This document shows positions 1 to 12,392 of a stretch of 64,000 bases of DNA, in pieces (within the stretch, counting starts at the first letter, position 1; each line of letters starts with the position of its first letter). Source of the stretch: Methanobacteriota archaeon. GTDB lineage: Archaea > Thermoplasmatota > Poseidoniia > Poseidoniales > Thalassarchaeaceae. Location of the stretch: contig PBUX01000064.1 of the NCBI GenBank assembly GCA_002728565.1, forward strand, positions 29,529-93,528. Direction: 5' to 3'. Position numbers and translations under genes: made by a program. The notes beneath the pieces are model-generated. The model was not told where the DNA came from and searched no databases. It saw only the letters and a list, made by a program, of their open reading frames with translations.

Positions 1-1
1 T

Positions 2-307
2 GACCAACACGTACTTCGCCGTAATCGGCAATTCGACCTAGTCGAAGTGATCGAGGCACACCCAGAGCTGCTCGGGATTGCGATAGATGAAAATACCGCC
101 GTCGTAGTCCAGAGAGATCAGTTTGAGGTTATTGGAGCGTCATATGTACTGATCTATGACAATGAATCTACTACTGGTGAGCACGGGAAATTCTATTTCC
201 TGGCACCTGGTGATCAGTACAATCTTGCTACCCGAGAAGCGACTAGACCTGGGCGTACAATGAGCCCAGTGGACAATGTCCAAAAGAAGCCTTGGGGAGG
301 AAGTTGA
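2..307 (+). CDS. Cyanophycinase / peptidase S51 family protein, C-terminal part (5' truncated by window)
   Basis: Frame open from base 2: DQHVLRRNRQFDL...LLGIAIDENTAVVV, resembling the DQH..R.R and GIDENTA motifs of cyanophycinases. Confidence 0.7.
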   Translation, partial: DQHVLRRNRQFDLVEVIEAHPELLGIAIDENTAVVVQRDQFEVIGASYVLIYDNESTTGEHGKFYFLAPGDQYNLATREATRPGRTMSPVDNVQKKPWGGS

Positions 308-440
308 CGAATTCAGGTTCAGTGAGTTTGTGCTGGTGTTGCTTGCCGTTCATTATCGCGAATACCCCAAGACTCATTTGCCGTATGGACTTCCGTCCTA
401 CTAGTGTTCGCGGGTTTTCGACCCTTTGCCGGAGTCTTTT

Positions 441-761
441 ATGAGCGAACAGCCCTCTCAAGGTTCTGCGGGCTATGGGCCCGATTCATCAAGTAGAGCA
501 CGGGCTACGGAGTACTGGAGACGGAATATTCGCTATGTGGGAATCCTTTTAGCGGTCTGGTTCGTCGTCTCATACGGCTTTGGGATTATAGCGGTGGAGC
601 CCCTCGATACGGTGACGATCCCGGGTACGGGCTTTCCCTTAGGATTTTGGTTTGCACAACAGGGTTCGATTTACGTTTTTGTGGCATTGATTTTTGTCTA
701 TGTCTTCCTGATGAATCGGCTGGATCGCGAGTTTGACCTGCGAGAAGGGGACGACGTATGA
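441..761 (+). CDS. DUF4212 small membrane subunit of solute:sodium symporter
   Basis: YWRRN..., GFPLGFWFAQQGSIYVFV motif, two TM segments, overlaps downstream SSS gene. Confidence 0.9.
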   Translation: MSEQPSQGSAGYGPDSSSRARATEYWRRNIRYVGILLAVWFVVSYGFGIIAVEPLDTVTIPGTGFPLGFWFAQQGSIYVFVALIFVYVFLMNRLDREFDLREGDDV

Positions 762-2461
762 GCGTCCAGTCTTGGACCTTTTTATTGGTAGCTGCGTCGT
801 TCACGCTCTATATCGGGATTGCAGTTTGGTCCCGTGCAAGTTCGACAAAAGACTTCTACGTAGCAGGCACAGGTGTCTCACCTTTGGCCAATGGGATGGC
901 TACCGCTGCCGACTGGATGAGTGCTGCGTCATTTATTTCGATGGCTGGTCTCATCTCGTTCATGGGATACGATGGTGCGGTCTACCTTATGGGCTGGACG
1001 GGTGGATACGTGCTGCTTGCACTGCTGCTGGCTCCCTACCTACGAAAGTTCGGAGCATTTACAGTGCCAGATTTTGTCGGTGATCGTTACTACTCTCAGA
1101 CCGCAAGGATTGTGGCGGTTGTGTGTGCGATCTTCGTCTCGTTCACATATGTGGCTGGGCAGATGCGGGGGGTCGGCGTTGTATTCAGTCGTTTCCTAGA
1201 AGTTGATGTAAATGTTGGAGTCTATATCGGGATGGCGATTGTTTTTTTCTACGCTGTCCTAGGTGGAATGAAAGGGATCACATACACACAAGTTGCCCAG
1301 TACTGTGTGCTGATCTTCGCCTACCTGGTTCCTGCTATCTTCTTGTCACTGCTGATCACGGGAAACCCTGTGCCCCAGTTGGGTTTCGGCGATGTTGACC
1401 AGGCTTCGGGAATATCACTACTAGAGCGACTGAATGGTCTACATCAGGAACTTGGATTTTCGGAGTACACGTCTGGAACAAAATCTAGCTTAGACGTCTT
1501 CTTTATAACGGCAGCACTTATGGTTGGAACCGCTGGTCTGCCGCATGTGATCATCCGCTTCTATACGGTCCCACGCGTACGGGATGCCCGCCTCTCCGTA
1601 GGATGGGCTCTCATATTTATCGCTCTCTTGTACACAACCGCTCCAGCGGTAGCCGTATTCGCTCGCACGAACCTCATCAACAGCGTTTCGGAAGTACCCT
1701 ACGCCCAGGTGCCTGAATGGTTCACGACATGGGAGGGTACTGGGTTACTTAGTTTCGAGGATCTCAATGGGGACGGACGCATCCAGTTTGTCGGTCCGGA
1801 TGCGCCGACGGCTAATGAATTAACAGTCGATAACGACATCATGGTCCTTGCGAACCCGGAGATTGCTGGTTTGCCGAATTGGGTCATAGGACTTGTGGCG
1901 GCTGGTGGTCTTGCAGCAGCACTATCTACCGCAGCCGGTCTTCTTCTCGTCGTATCTTCTGCCGTGAGTCACGATTTATTAAAACGATCTATTATGCCAG
2001 AAATCACAGAGCGTGGTGAACTAGTCGCTGCGCGGATTTCGGCGGGAGCCGCCGTGCTAGTGGCGGGTTATCTCGGTATCAATCCACCAGGTTTTGTAGC
2101 GCAGGTTGTTGCCTTCGCTTTCGGATTGGCTGCGGCCTCATTTTTCCCTGTCATCATCCTTGGAATATTTTCGAAACGTACGACCAGAGAGGGCGCGATC
2201 CTCGGCATGGTTTCCGGCATAACCGTGACCGCAGCTTACATCGCGTACTTCACGTTGCTTCATCCAGAACTCAACAACGCTGACAACTGGTGGTTCGGGA
2301 TTAGTCCGCAAGGGATTGGCACGGTCGGCATGCTACTCAATTTTGCGATCACGCTTACAGTATCGCGGTTCACTCCAGAGCCGCCACCCGAGGTACAGCA
2401 ACTCGTTGAAATGATTCGCGTGCCCAAGGGAGCAGGTGCGGTCCACGAGATCAGTACCTAA
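758..2461 (+). CDS. Sodium:solute symporter (ActP-like cation/acetate permease)
   Basis: NGMATAADWMSAASFISMAG, GTAGLPHVIIRFYTVP, DIMVLANPEIA motifs; polytopic membrane protein. Confidence 0.9.
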   Translation: MSVQSWTFLLVAASFTLYIGIAVWSRASSTKDFYVAGTGVSPLANGMATAADWMSAASFISMAGLISFMGYDGAVYLMGWTGGYVLLALLLAPYLRKFGAFTVPDFVGDRYYSQTARIVAVVCAIFVSFTYVAGQMRGVGVVFSRFLEVDVNVGVYIGMAIVFFYAVLGGMKGITYTQVAQYCVLIFAYLVPAIFLSLLITGNPVPQLGFGDVDQASGISLLERLNGLHQELGFSEYTSGTKSSLDVFFITAALMVGTAGLPHVIIRFYTVPRVRDARLSVGWALIFIALLYTTAPAVAVFARTNLINSVSEVPYAQVPEWFTTWEGTGLLSFEDLNGDGRIQFVGPDAPTANELTVDNDIMVLANPEIAGLPNWVIGLVAAGGLAAALSTAAGLLLVVSSAVSHDLLKRSIMPEITERGELVAARISAGAAVLVAGYLGINPPGFVAQVVAFAFGLAAASFFPVIILGIFSKRTTREGAILGMVSGITVTAAYIAYFTLLHPELNNADNWWFGISPQGIGTVGMLLNFAITLTVSRFTPEPPPEVQQLVEMIRVPKGAGAVHEIST

Positions 2462-2504
2462 GGGCTGATTAGCTCGAGGCGTTCAAAATAAGCTCAGGAA
2501 ATGA

Positions 2505-4649
<2,145 letters not shown>

Positions 4650-4709
4650 AGTCAATTAGCACGCCACGGTTCATAGAGCTCGAGAGATATTGATAACAAG
4701 CGATTGCTG

Positions 4710-5984
4710 CTAATTCTCAGTCTTGGTTCGTACCGGTTGGCCTGCGACGTATACCTGATCAATCAACTGTGTATATGTGATGTCCCGGGTAGGGTCTTCA
4801 TCCAACACGATGAAGTCTGCCCACTTTCCTGGCTCGAGGGTTCCAATATCGTCTTCTAGGCCAAGGCAGCTAGCAGCCACGCTTGTGGCCGCTAACAAGG
4901 CTTGTGTCGGGGTCAGTCCACCTCCGACCATCAGTGCCAACTCCATATGCTCGAAGTAGCCGGGGAATCGGCCTGCAGGACCCGCGTCAGTTCCGAATGT
5001 TACTAGGGCGCCAGCATCTTGGAGGATTACCATGTTCTCCATTGCCTGAACGAGCGCGACTCTGTAGGCCGCACCGGAGGCACTCGCCAGGGTACGTTCC
5101 ATATAAGCAGGTTCACTCAGTCTCTCGATTTCATCCTCATTCGCATACTCTGTGAAAAACTCGTCGTCAAAAAATCCTGGTCTTGTGCCGTAGATATATG
5201 TGCTCACTTCACGAGTAAGAGTTGGGACATAGCAGATGCCACTTTCGAGAAGACTATCTATAAACTCTTCATCTACGTCCGTGTCCCTTACGGAGTGTGC
5301 GATCATCCCAGTTCCCATATCGATCAAGCGCTTGGCATCTTCAAGGTAGAAAAGATGTGTGGCGACTTGGATCCCTCTTTCGTTGCCGACGTCCATCACG
5401 GCCTGGACCGCATCCCACGGCATTTTACGTGACGAGCCAAGATTGTCATCTACCCTGAGCTTGAGCCAATCAACACCTGCGTCCGCATTAGCGATCGCTT
5501 GATTGCGAGCTGCCTCTGGGGTATTACCGGAGATTACTGCTCCTGCAGATAGCAGCCGAGCTCGCGGATCCAGGGGGCTTGAAGACTTCCGCGCTTCTAT
5601 CACGGCCAAGCCGTCGCCTAGACTATTCACTGTCGTGACTCCGTACTTTGCAAAGAGTTCGAGGTCACCACGGATACGGTCTTGCTCATCGACAATATCT
5701 TCGGCAGCCCATCGACCACTTACATGACCATGGGTGTTGATGAGCCCGGGAATCAAGACCTTGCCCTCAAGGAACACGATCTCTGTTCCAGTTGGGATTT
5801 CGGCTGACCGGGAGACCGCCGTAATGCGACCATCCTCTACAACCATTGTTGCGTTGCGGATGATCGAAGCACCAGTGCCATCCCATACGGAAGCGCCGAC
5901 GTAGGCTGTCGTTTGGGCTGCAAGGTTAGAGCCCGCCGCGAGGAGGACGGCGGTGAGAGTCGAAAGCGAGCGTAGTCTAATCAT
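4710..5984 (-). CDS. Secreted amidohydrolase family protein
   Basis: Signal peptide, PGLINTHGH, GTDAG, GTLEPGKWADFIVL. Confidence 0.9.
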   Translation of the reverse strand: MIRLRSLSTLTAVLLAAGSNLAAQTTAYVGASVWDGTGASIIRNATMVVEDGRITAVSRSAEIPTGTEIVFLEGKVLIPGLINTHGHVSGRWAAEDIVDEQDRIRGDLELFAKYGVTTVNSLGDGLAVIEARKSSSPLDPRARLLSAGAVISGNTPEAARNQAIANADAGVDWLKLRVDDNLGSSRKMPWDAVQAVMDVGNERGIQVATHLFYLEDAKRLIDMGTGMIAHSVRDTDVDEEFIDSLLESGICYVPTLTREVSTYIYGTRPGFFDDEFFTEYANEDEIERLSEPAYMERTLASASGAAYRVALVQAMENMVILQDAGALVTFGTDAGPAGRFPGYFEHMELALMVGGGLTPTQALLAATSVAASCLGLEDDIGTLEPGKWADFIVLDEDPTRDITYTQLIDQVYVAGQPVRTKTEN

Positions 5985-6215
5985 AATCCGACCTTACTTC
6001 GAATCTGCAGTTGGTGGCAAGGGGCTCTGTCTGATGGATGACGAACGAAAGGCACCTCACAGAGACCTTAAATTGTTATTAGACTGGCTCCCTAGGGGAG
6101 ACGAGTTCATCTTATTGGTAGTCATTGATAGTGAGCGCGTCCTAAGTCAGAGGTAATTTGCCGTGCGGATTTCAGGGGGCTGTAGGGAGAAGAGCGTGGC
6201 CGAAAGGTGGAAACG

Positions 6216-8648
6216 ATGAAGACATTTAGTGTGCTATCAGCGATGCTCGGGGTCATACTCGTTTCTCTAGGAGACCAGTATCCGGAGACTACACGGGCTG
6301 ATCTCCTTGCCTCCGTAATCGAACAAGGTGCAGCCTCAAGTAATGATGTGATCCAGCAGTATTGCGTGCGTTGTCACAATGACAGTGCATTGCGGGGGAA
6401 TATGACTCTGGAGCAGTTCGACTTGGCTAACGCTGAGGACAATCCAGAGCTGACTGAGAAAATGATCAGTAAGGTCCGAGCCGGTATGATGCCGCCACCG
6501 GGTGCTAGGCGTCCGGCGGGAGACACACTCAGAGTTCTAGCTGAAGAACTTGAGTTACATATGGATGGATTCGCTGCACGCAGTCCCAACCCAGGCGGCC
6601 GAACCTTCCAGCGTCTTAATCGGTCGGAATATGAGAGAGCGGTCTTCGATTTGCTTGGCCTTGAAGTTGATGCTGGAGCATATCTGCCGCTGGACACCAA
6701 GAGCGAAAATTTCGACAACATTGCTGATGTACAGCTTCTGTCGCCAACATTACTTGATGCCTACCTGAATGCGGCAGCAGATATCAGCCGCCTCGCGTTG
6801 GGGGATCCCAATGCAAGACCAGCTGAGCACACCTACAACGTCTCCGGCTACCGCTCTCAGACAGAACGGGTCCCTGGTGCACCATTTGGTACGCGAGGAG
6901 GTGTCTCCGTCGTGCATACGTTCCCAGCAGACGGAGAGTACATTTTCCGGATCGCTTTTGAACATACGACGACCGGTGACGGTTTCGTTGGTCAGATCAT
7001 AAGATTCGAGCAGGTCGAAGTCTCTGTGAATGGCTCACGAGTTGCGCTATTGGATCTGGACCAATGGATGCGCATATCCGATCCCGAGGGGATTTCAATG
7101 CGAACTGACCCAATCTTTGTGCGTGCTGGTCCGCAACGTGTGACTGCTGCTTTCATCCGAAAAACAGAAGGACCAGTCGAGGACCTCATGTCCCCACATG
7201 ACTGGTCTCTTGCTGATCGTCATACTGGTATCAGTGGTTATGGTTTGACTCTTCTGCCACATGTTCGCGATCTGGTCATTTCAGGTCCGAACAAGGTTAC
7301 TGGCGTCTCTGAATCGCCGATTAGGCAGAATATTTTTACCTGTCGTCCCACTTTGGCTGATGAGGCGCATCCTTGCGCTGAGGAGATTATCTCCGGACTA
7401 GCCAGACAAGCATACCGCAGACCGCTCAATGAGCGGGATCTTGAGTTCTTAATGTCGTTTTACGAGGAAGGAGCTAGTGGTGGCTTCGAGATAGGGATTC
7501 GTACCGCACTCCAAGCAATTCTAGCAAGTCCTCACTTCGTATTCCGTTTCGAAGAAGCTCCCCCGAACGTGCAGCCGGGGGAAAGCTATCGAATTAGTGA
7601 TGTCGATTTGGCATCACGACTTTCTTTCTTCCTATGGGGAACTGCTCCTGACCCTGAGCTACTAGGAGTTGCTGAGCGAGGGGAACTCTCTGATCCGGAA
7701 GAGCTTGAGAATCAAGTGCTTAGGATGTTGAGTGACAGGCGTGCTGAGTCTCTTGGCCCGAGGTTCGCGGGGCAGTGGCTTCGCTTACAGGACCTTGATA
7801 AGGTCCATCCTGATCAATTCTGGTTCCCTGATTTCGATCAACAGCTAGCAGAAGCAATGCGGCAAGAGACAGAGCTGTTGTTCAACTATTTGGTAAGTGA
7901 GAACAGGAGTATTTTAGACCTCTATTCAGCGGACTACACATTCGTGAACGAGCGTTTGGCTCGGCACTATAGTATTCCAGGCGTTGTCGGTGATCATTTC
8001 CGTCGAATCGTATATCCAGATGATCAGAGGAGAGGAGTGTTTGGGCATGGCAGTGTCCTCACACTTACCTCCCACGCGAATCGCACATCACCTGTGCTTC
8101 GAGGGAAGTGGGTGATGGAGGTTCTTCTTGGATCGCCGCCACCACCACCTCCACCAGGCATTCCGGACCTTGAAGAAACTGAAAGCTCAGAAGCGGGAAG
8201 GATACTGACTACTCGAGAACGAATGGAAGCTCATCGAACAAACCCGACATGTAACTCGTGTCACAGGTTTATTGACCCAATTGGTCTCGCACTCGATAAC
8301 TTTGATGTCACGGGCCGGTGGCGGATACGAGAGAATGGTGCACCCCTCGACACGAGAGGTGAACTCTATGATGGGACACCTGTTTCGAATCCGACTGAGC
8401 TGAAGGATGCCCTTTTGAAGCGGCCAATACCTCTGATTCGAACATTTACTGAGAATTTGATGGCGTACGCCCTGGGAAGAAGGGTAGAATACTATGATCA
8501 GCCGACTGTGCGATCGATAGCCCGGGCTGCTGCTACAGAGGGATACAAAATATCCGCTTTCATACTTGGGGTGGTTGAAAGCGATGCGTTTCAGGTTCAG
8601 CAAGTGGCAAACGTAGTCGACAATCAGTTGCAGGACCTGCCAAATTAG
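6216..8648 (+). CDS. DUF1592/DUF1588/DUF1587/DUF1585/DUF1595 (PSD) domain protein with c-type heme motifs, copy 1
   Basis: Signal-like N-terminus, CVRCH and CNSCH, RLNRSEY, LASRLSFFLW, TSPVLRGKWV, poly-Pro PPPPPP. Confidence 0.9.
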   Translation: MKTFSVLSAMLGVILVSLGDQYPETTRADLLASVIEQGAASSNDVIQQYCVRCHNDSALRGNMTLEQFDLANAEDNPELTEKMISKVRAGMMPPPGARRPAGDTLRVLAEELELHMDGFAARSPNPGGRTFQRLNRSEYERAVFDLLGLEVDAGAYLPLDTKSENFDNIADVQLLSPTLLDAYLNAAADISRLALGDPNARPAEHTYNVSGYRSQTERVPGAPFGTRGGVSVVHTFPADGEYIFRIAFEHTTTGDGFVGQIIRFEQVEVSVNGSRVALLDLDQWMRISDPEGISMRTDPIFVRAGPQRVTAAFIRKTEGPVEDLMSPHDWSLADRHTGISGYGLTLLPHVRDLVISGPNKVTGVSESPIRQNIFTCRPTLADEAHPCAEEIISGLARQAYRRPLNERDLEFLMSFYEEGASGGFEIGIRTALQAILASPHFVFRFEEAPPNVQPGESYRISDVDLASRLSFFLWGTAPDPELLGVAERGELSDPEELENQVLRMLSDRRAESLGPRFAGQWLRLQDLDKVHPDQFWFPDFDQQLAEAMRQETELLFNYLVSENRSILDLYSADYTFVNERLARHYSIPGVVGDHFRRIVYPDDQRRGVFGHGSVLTLTSHANRTSPVLRGKWVMEVLLGSPPPPPPPGIPDLEETESSEAGRILTTRERMEAHRTNPTCNSCHRFIDPIGLALDNFDVTGRWRIRENGAPLDTRGELYDGTPVSNPTELKDALLKRPIPLIRTFTENLMAYALGRRVEYYDQPTVRSIARAAATEGYKISAFILGVVESDAFQVQQVANVVDNQLQDLPN

Positions 8649-8667
8649 GTATGAGGAGAAGAGCTAT

Positions 8668-10080
8668 ATGAATTTTGTCACGGGAAAGCAGATACCGCGC
8701 CGAACATTTGTGAAAGGTGTTGGTGCTTCAATGGCCCTACCTTTTCTGGACGCGATGATCCCAGCGGGGAGAGTGTGGTCGAAGGCATTGCCAGAGGCAG
8801 ATCCAACCCGTGTGATTGCAATTGAGATGGTCCACGGAGCCGCCGGATGTAACGAGTGGGGTGCCACACAGAACTTATGGTCTCCTGCTCAGGTTGGGCG
8901 TGACTTTGACCTAACACCAAGCGCGCTTAGCCCGCTCGAGTCTTTCCGCGACTATTTGACGATTATCAGTAATACTGATGTTAAGATGGCTGAAGCATTC
9001 GAGCCGCCTGAGATAGGGGGTGACCACTTCCGATCAAGTGCAGTCTATCTCACGCAATCTCACCCCAAGCAAACCCGAGGCTCAGATCTCTATGCTGGAA
9101 CATCTTTTGATCAACTGTGTGCGCAGCGATTCGGTCAAGAGACATCGATTCCGTCAATGCAGCTGTGTATTGAACCCGTAGATCAATCTGGTGGGTGTGC
9201 TTATGGATACGCTTGTGCCTATACGGATTCGATAAGCTGGGCATCGCCGAGTGAACCACTCCCGATGATCCGGGATCCTCGCGTGGCGTTTGAAATGCTA
9301 TTCGGGGCAGGTGGGACTCCGGAAGAACGTGCAGCTCGCAGAAAGACAAATAAGAGTATACTTGATTGGATTACAGAAGAAATTGCTTTTCTTAGGAAAG
9401 ACCTAGGACCCACAGATCACGCTAGGCTGGACCGCTATCTGGACAACGTCCGCGAATTGGAACGACGTATCCAAGCAATTGAAGCCCAGAACAGAAGTGG
9501 AGAATCTCGCGAGCTACCTGAAGCTCCTGCGGGTGTGCCTGACTCTTTCGAAGAGCACGTCAAGCTGATGTTTGACCTTCAGGCTCTTGCTTTTGCATCA
9601 GATGTCACCCGTGTTTTTTCCTTCAAGACCGGTCGAGACGCCTCAGGTCGTGTCTACCCAGAGAGCGGCACTGATCGTCCGTTCCATGGAGCTTCGCACC
9701 ACGGAGGCCGTGAGGAGGCAATTCTTGAGTTCTTCAAGATCAATAAGTACCACACGAGCCTACTTCCATATCTCTTGAACAACCTTGCGAGCATTGAAGA
9801 AGCCGACGGTAATCTGCTGGACAACACGATGATTATTTATGGATCACCGATGGCGGACGGAAATCTTCACAACCATCGGCGCTGTCCACTGATTGTTCTC
9901 GGAGGTGCAGGAGGACACAACCCTGGAAATCTCCACTTAAAGGCTCCAGACGGGACTCCAATGGCCAACGTGATGTTGAGCTTACTCCATGATCTTGGGG
10001 TTGATGACTTGGAGAACTTCGGGGACAGCAGTGGCGAGTTCTCATTATCGATGCCAGTGACTTTTTCTACTAACAGCTGA
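8668..10080 (+). CDS. DUF1552 (HXXSHH) protein, copy 1
   Basis: RRTFVKG Tat-like motif, LPFLDAM, HGASHH, GNLHNH; AGGAG RBS. Confidence 0.9.
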   Translation: MNFVTGKQIPRRTFVKGVGASMALPFLDAMIPAGRVWSKALPEADPTRVIAIEMVHGAAGCNEWGATQNLWSPAQVGRDFDLTPSALSPLESFRDYLTIISNTDVKMAEAFEPPEIGGDHFRSSAVYLTQSHPKQTRGSDLYAGTSFDQLCAQRFGQETSIPSMQLCIEPVDQSGGCAYGYACAYTDSISWASPSEPLPMIRDPRVAFEMLFGAGGTPEERAARRKTNKSILDWITEEIAFLRKDLGPTDHARLDRYLDNVRELERRIQAIEAQNRSGESRELPEAPAGVPDSFEEHVKLMFDLQALAFASDVTRVFSFKTGRDASGRVYPESGTDRPFHGASHHGGREEAILEFFKINKYHTSLLPYLLNNLASIEEADGNLLDNTMIIYGSPMADGNLHNHRRCPLIVLGGAGGHNPGNLHLKAPDGTPMANVMLSLLHDLGVDDLENFGDSSGEFSLSMPVTFSTNS

Positions 10081-10090
10081 GTAGAGAGCA

Positions 10091-11881
10091 TTGATAGGCC
10101 GTGAGGTGAGTCTTAGGGTTTTGGGCGTATTATGCTTCAGCCTGCTAATTCTTGCAGGTAAGCCCTTAGATTCACCGGTTGCCGATGCGGCAATGAATGG
10201 GGATCTAGACGAGGTTCGCCTGCTCTTGAGTCGTGGTGAAGATGTAAACGCTGCCCACGCAGATGGTATGACCGCACTGCATTGGGCTGCAGAAAACGCG
10301 CATACAGAAATGAGTTCGTTGCTTGTTTCAGCTGGTGCAAACCTTGAGGCGGTAACGCGGATAGGCGGTTACACGCCTCTCCATTTGGCGACGAGGAAAG
10401 GTTCTAGAGGAGTCGCCTTGCACCTCCTTGAGGCAGGTGCTGATCCACGAGCTGAAACTGAGACTGGGAACGTCACCCCGCTCCACTTCGCTGCAGCCGC
10501 TGGAGACGTGGGGTTAACGTCTTCTGTAATAGCGCATGGGGTGGATGTAGACGTACGTGAATCGACTTGGGGCCAAACTCCTTTAATTTTTGCGTCTTCA
10601 GCTGGCCATCTGGATGTCGTGCGTGTGTTGCTCTCGAATGGAGCTGATGCTTCACTCACCACGAAGGTTGTCGACATTCCTGCCCTAGATGAGGTAGACC
10701 GAACAGCGCGCAGAGTTCGTAACGAAATGCTGGAGGCCTTCAAGTCTGCCGCGATGGGAGGGCCAGGTTGGCGACCAGAGCCTAGCCAGGTGCGCGCAGC
10801 AGTTCAGGCAGCACAGCAGGTCCAGCGCTCCCTGACAAGCGTATCGGATGCACCAGAGCGGGAAGAGCAACCTGGTGCTCAGTTGGAAGTCCCATTGGGT
10901 TACACGGAGCTGGTAGGTAGGCAGGGCGGGCTTACACCGCTACTCCATGCAGTACGCGAAGGTCACGTCGATTTAGCACTTGCTCTTGTGGATTTCGGGG
11001 CGGATATCAATCAGGTAAGTGAAGGAGACCGTACTAGTCCAATCCTGATGGCAACAATAAACGGACACTTTGATTTAGCACTGCTGCTTCTTGATCGCGG
11101 CGCGGACCCGACGCTTGCTAGTGACGCTGGTGCAACACCACTCTTTTCGTCGCTGAACACACACTGGGCGCCCAAATCCCGGTATCCTCAACAGCACGCG
11201 TATCGTCAGCAAGATGCGACTTACCTAGATGTGATGAAGAGGTTCTTAGAGGCTGGTGTAGACCCGAACGTCAGGCTCAGGAAGCACATCTGGTACATGT
11301 CTTACACTTTCGACCTACTCCGAGTAAACACGATTGGTGCAACTCCTTTCTGGCGTGCAGCTTACGCTACGGATGTTGATGCGATGAAACTTCTTGTGGA
11401 GTACGGGGCGGATTACGGAGTTCCAACACTGAAACCACCTGGACGCGGACGAGGTGGTGCTAGTTCGAGCGAAGATCCTTCGGGGCTAGCAGCTATTCCT
11501 GATGGTGGCCCAGGAGTATTCCCGATCCACGCTGCAACTGGCGTTGGGTATGGAGAGGGATATGCAGGCAATTCTCATCGGCATGTCCCAGACGGCTGGC
11601 TACCTGCGGTTAGATACTTGGTCGAGGAACTAGGAGCAGATGTAAATGCTAGAGACCATAATGGATACAGCCCAGTTCATCATGCAGCAGCTCGCGGTGA
11701 CAACGAACTTATCCATTACCTAGTTCAGCAAGGTGCTGATGTGACGTTTATTAGCCGTCGAGGGCAGACAACAGTTGATATGGCGAACGGCCCACAGCAA
11801 CGGATCAGTCCATTTCCAGAAACGATCTCGTTGCTGGAAAGCCTGGGTGCGAAGAATAACCACAATTGTTTGTCTTGCTGA
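10091..11881 (+). CDS. Exported ankyrin repeat protein with C-terminal CxxC, copy 1
   Basis: Multiple TALHWAA/TPLHLA ankyrin repeats, hydrophobic N-terminus, ends NNHNCLSC. Confidence 0.9.
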   Translation: MIGREVSLRVLGVLCFSLLILAGKPLDSPVADAAMNGDLDEVRLLLSRGEDVNAAHADGMTALHWAAENAHTEMSSLLVSAGANLEAVTRIGGYTPLHLATRKGSRGVALHLLEAGADPRAETETGNVTPLHFAAAAGDVGLTSSVIAHGVDVDVRESTWGQTPLIFASSAGHLDVVRVLLSNGADASLTTKVVDIPALDEVDRTARRVRNEMLEAFKSAAMGGPGWRPEPSQVRAAVQAAQQVQRSLTSVSDAPEREEQPGAQLEVPLGYTELVGRQGGLTPLLHAVREGHVDLALALVDFGADINQVSEGDRTSPILMATINGHFDLALLLLDRGADPTLASDAGATPLFSSLNTHWAPKSRYPQQHAYRQQDATYLDVMKRFLEAGVDPNVRLRKHIWYMSYTFDLLRVNTIGATPFWRAAYATDVDAMKLLVEYGADYGVPTLKPPGRGRGGASSSEDPSGLAAIPDGGPGVFPIHAATGVGYGEGYAGNSHRHVPDGWLPAVRYLVEELGADVNARDHNGYSPVHHAAARGDNELIHYLVQQGADVTFISRRGQTTVDMANGPQQRISPFPETISLLESLGAKNNHNCLSC

Positions 11882-11897
11882 TCAACTAGTTAGTCTA

Positions 11898-12290
11898 CTA
11901 GCTCGAATCTCCGCCGCTAGACAGTTCTTCTAAGATACGCTCAAAAATTAAGCGCTGTTCTTCATCGATACTGATCACAAGCGTGATTTCGTCATATTCG
12001 AGCTGGCTCATCTCGTGTTCAGTGAGGATTTCTTGAATTCTTTCCTGAAAACGGGCTCGTATACGTTCACGCTCTTGAAGTTCGTGCGTGCGGCCCAGTT
12101 CCGCGTGAAAATCGTCCCGCTGCTCGCTGATTGCTATATGAGCTTCAACGAATACGGTCATGCGCTCCGTCGTTACTTGAGGTAGTTCCTGGGTTTGTGC
12201 TACCAATGGCAAGGGCTTCACCAGCAAGAGCGTTGTCATCGAGACAATGACAGCAGTGACATTAAGAGCTTTCCAGACTTCAGTTTTCAC
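11898..12290 (-). CDS. Secreted small helical protein, DUF4168-like
   Basis: Signal peptide, then helical pattern FVEA...IQEILTEHEMSQLEYDEI; GGAG RBS. Confidence 0.65.
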   Translation of the reverse strand: MKTEVWKALNVTAVIVSMTTLLLVKPLPLVAQTQELPQVTTERMTVFVEAHIAISEQRDDFHAELGRTHELQERERIRARFQERIQEILTEHEMSQLEYDEITLVISIDEEQRLIFERILEELSSGGDSS

Positions 12291-12376
12291 TCTATCTCCT
12301 CCGAGTTCACTCGCAGGTTGGGTACCTAAGGATGATACTGCCGACCCCCTTTCTTGCCAAAAATCTGGTAACGTAC

Positions 12377-12392
12377 TGGTTCGCTATTTGCA
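12377..12392 (+). promoter_or_regulatory. Putative sigma-54 (-24/-12) promoter for operon copy 2
   Basis: TGGTTCGCTATTTGCA has GG-N10-GC with TTGCA, ~90 nt upstream of ATG 12483. Confidence 0.4.

Noticed and set aside
11879-11893. Sec readthrough at CxxC-TGA ending both ankyrin genes
   Set aside because: No suitably placed SECIS-like hairpin; downstream codons not conserved (copy 2 has TGA-TAG).
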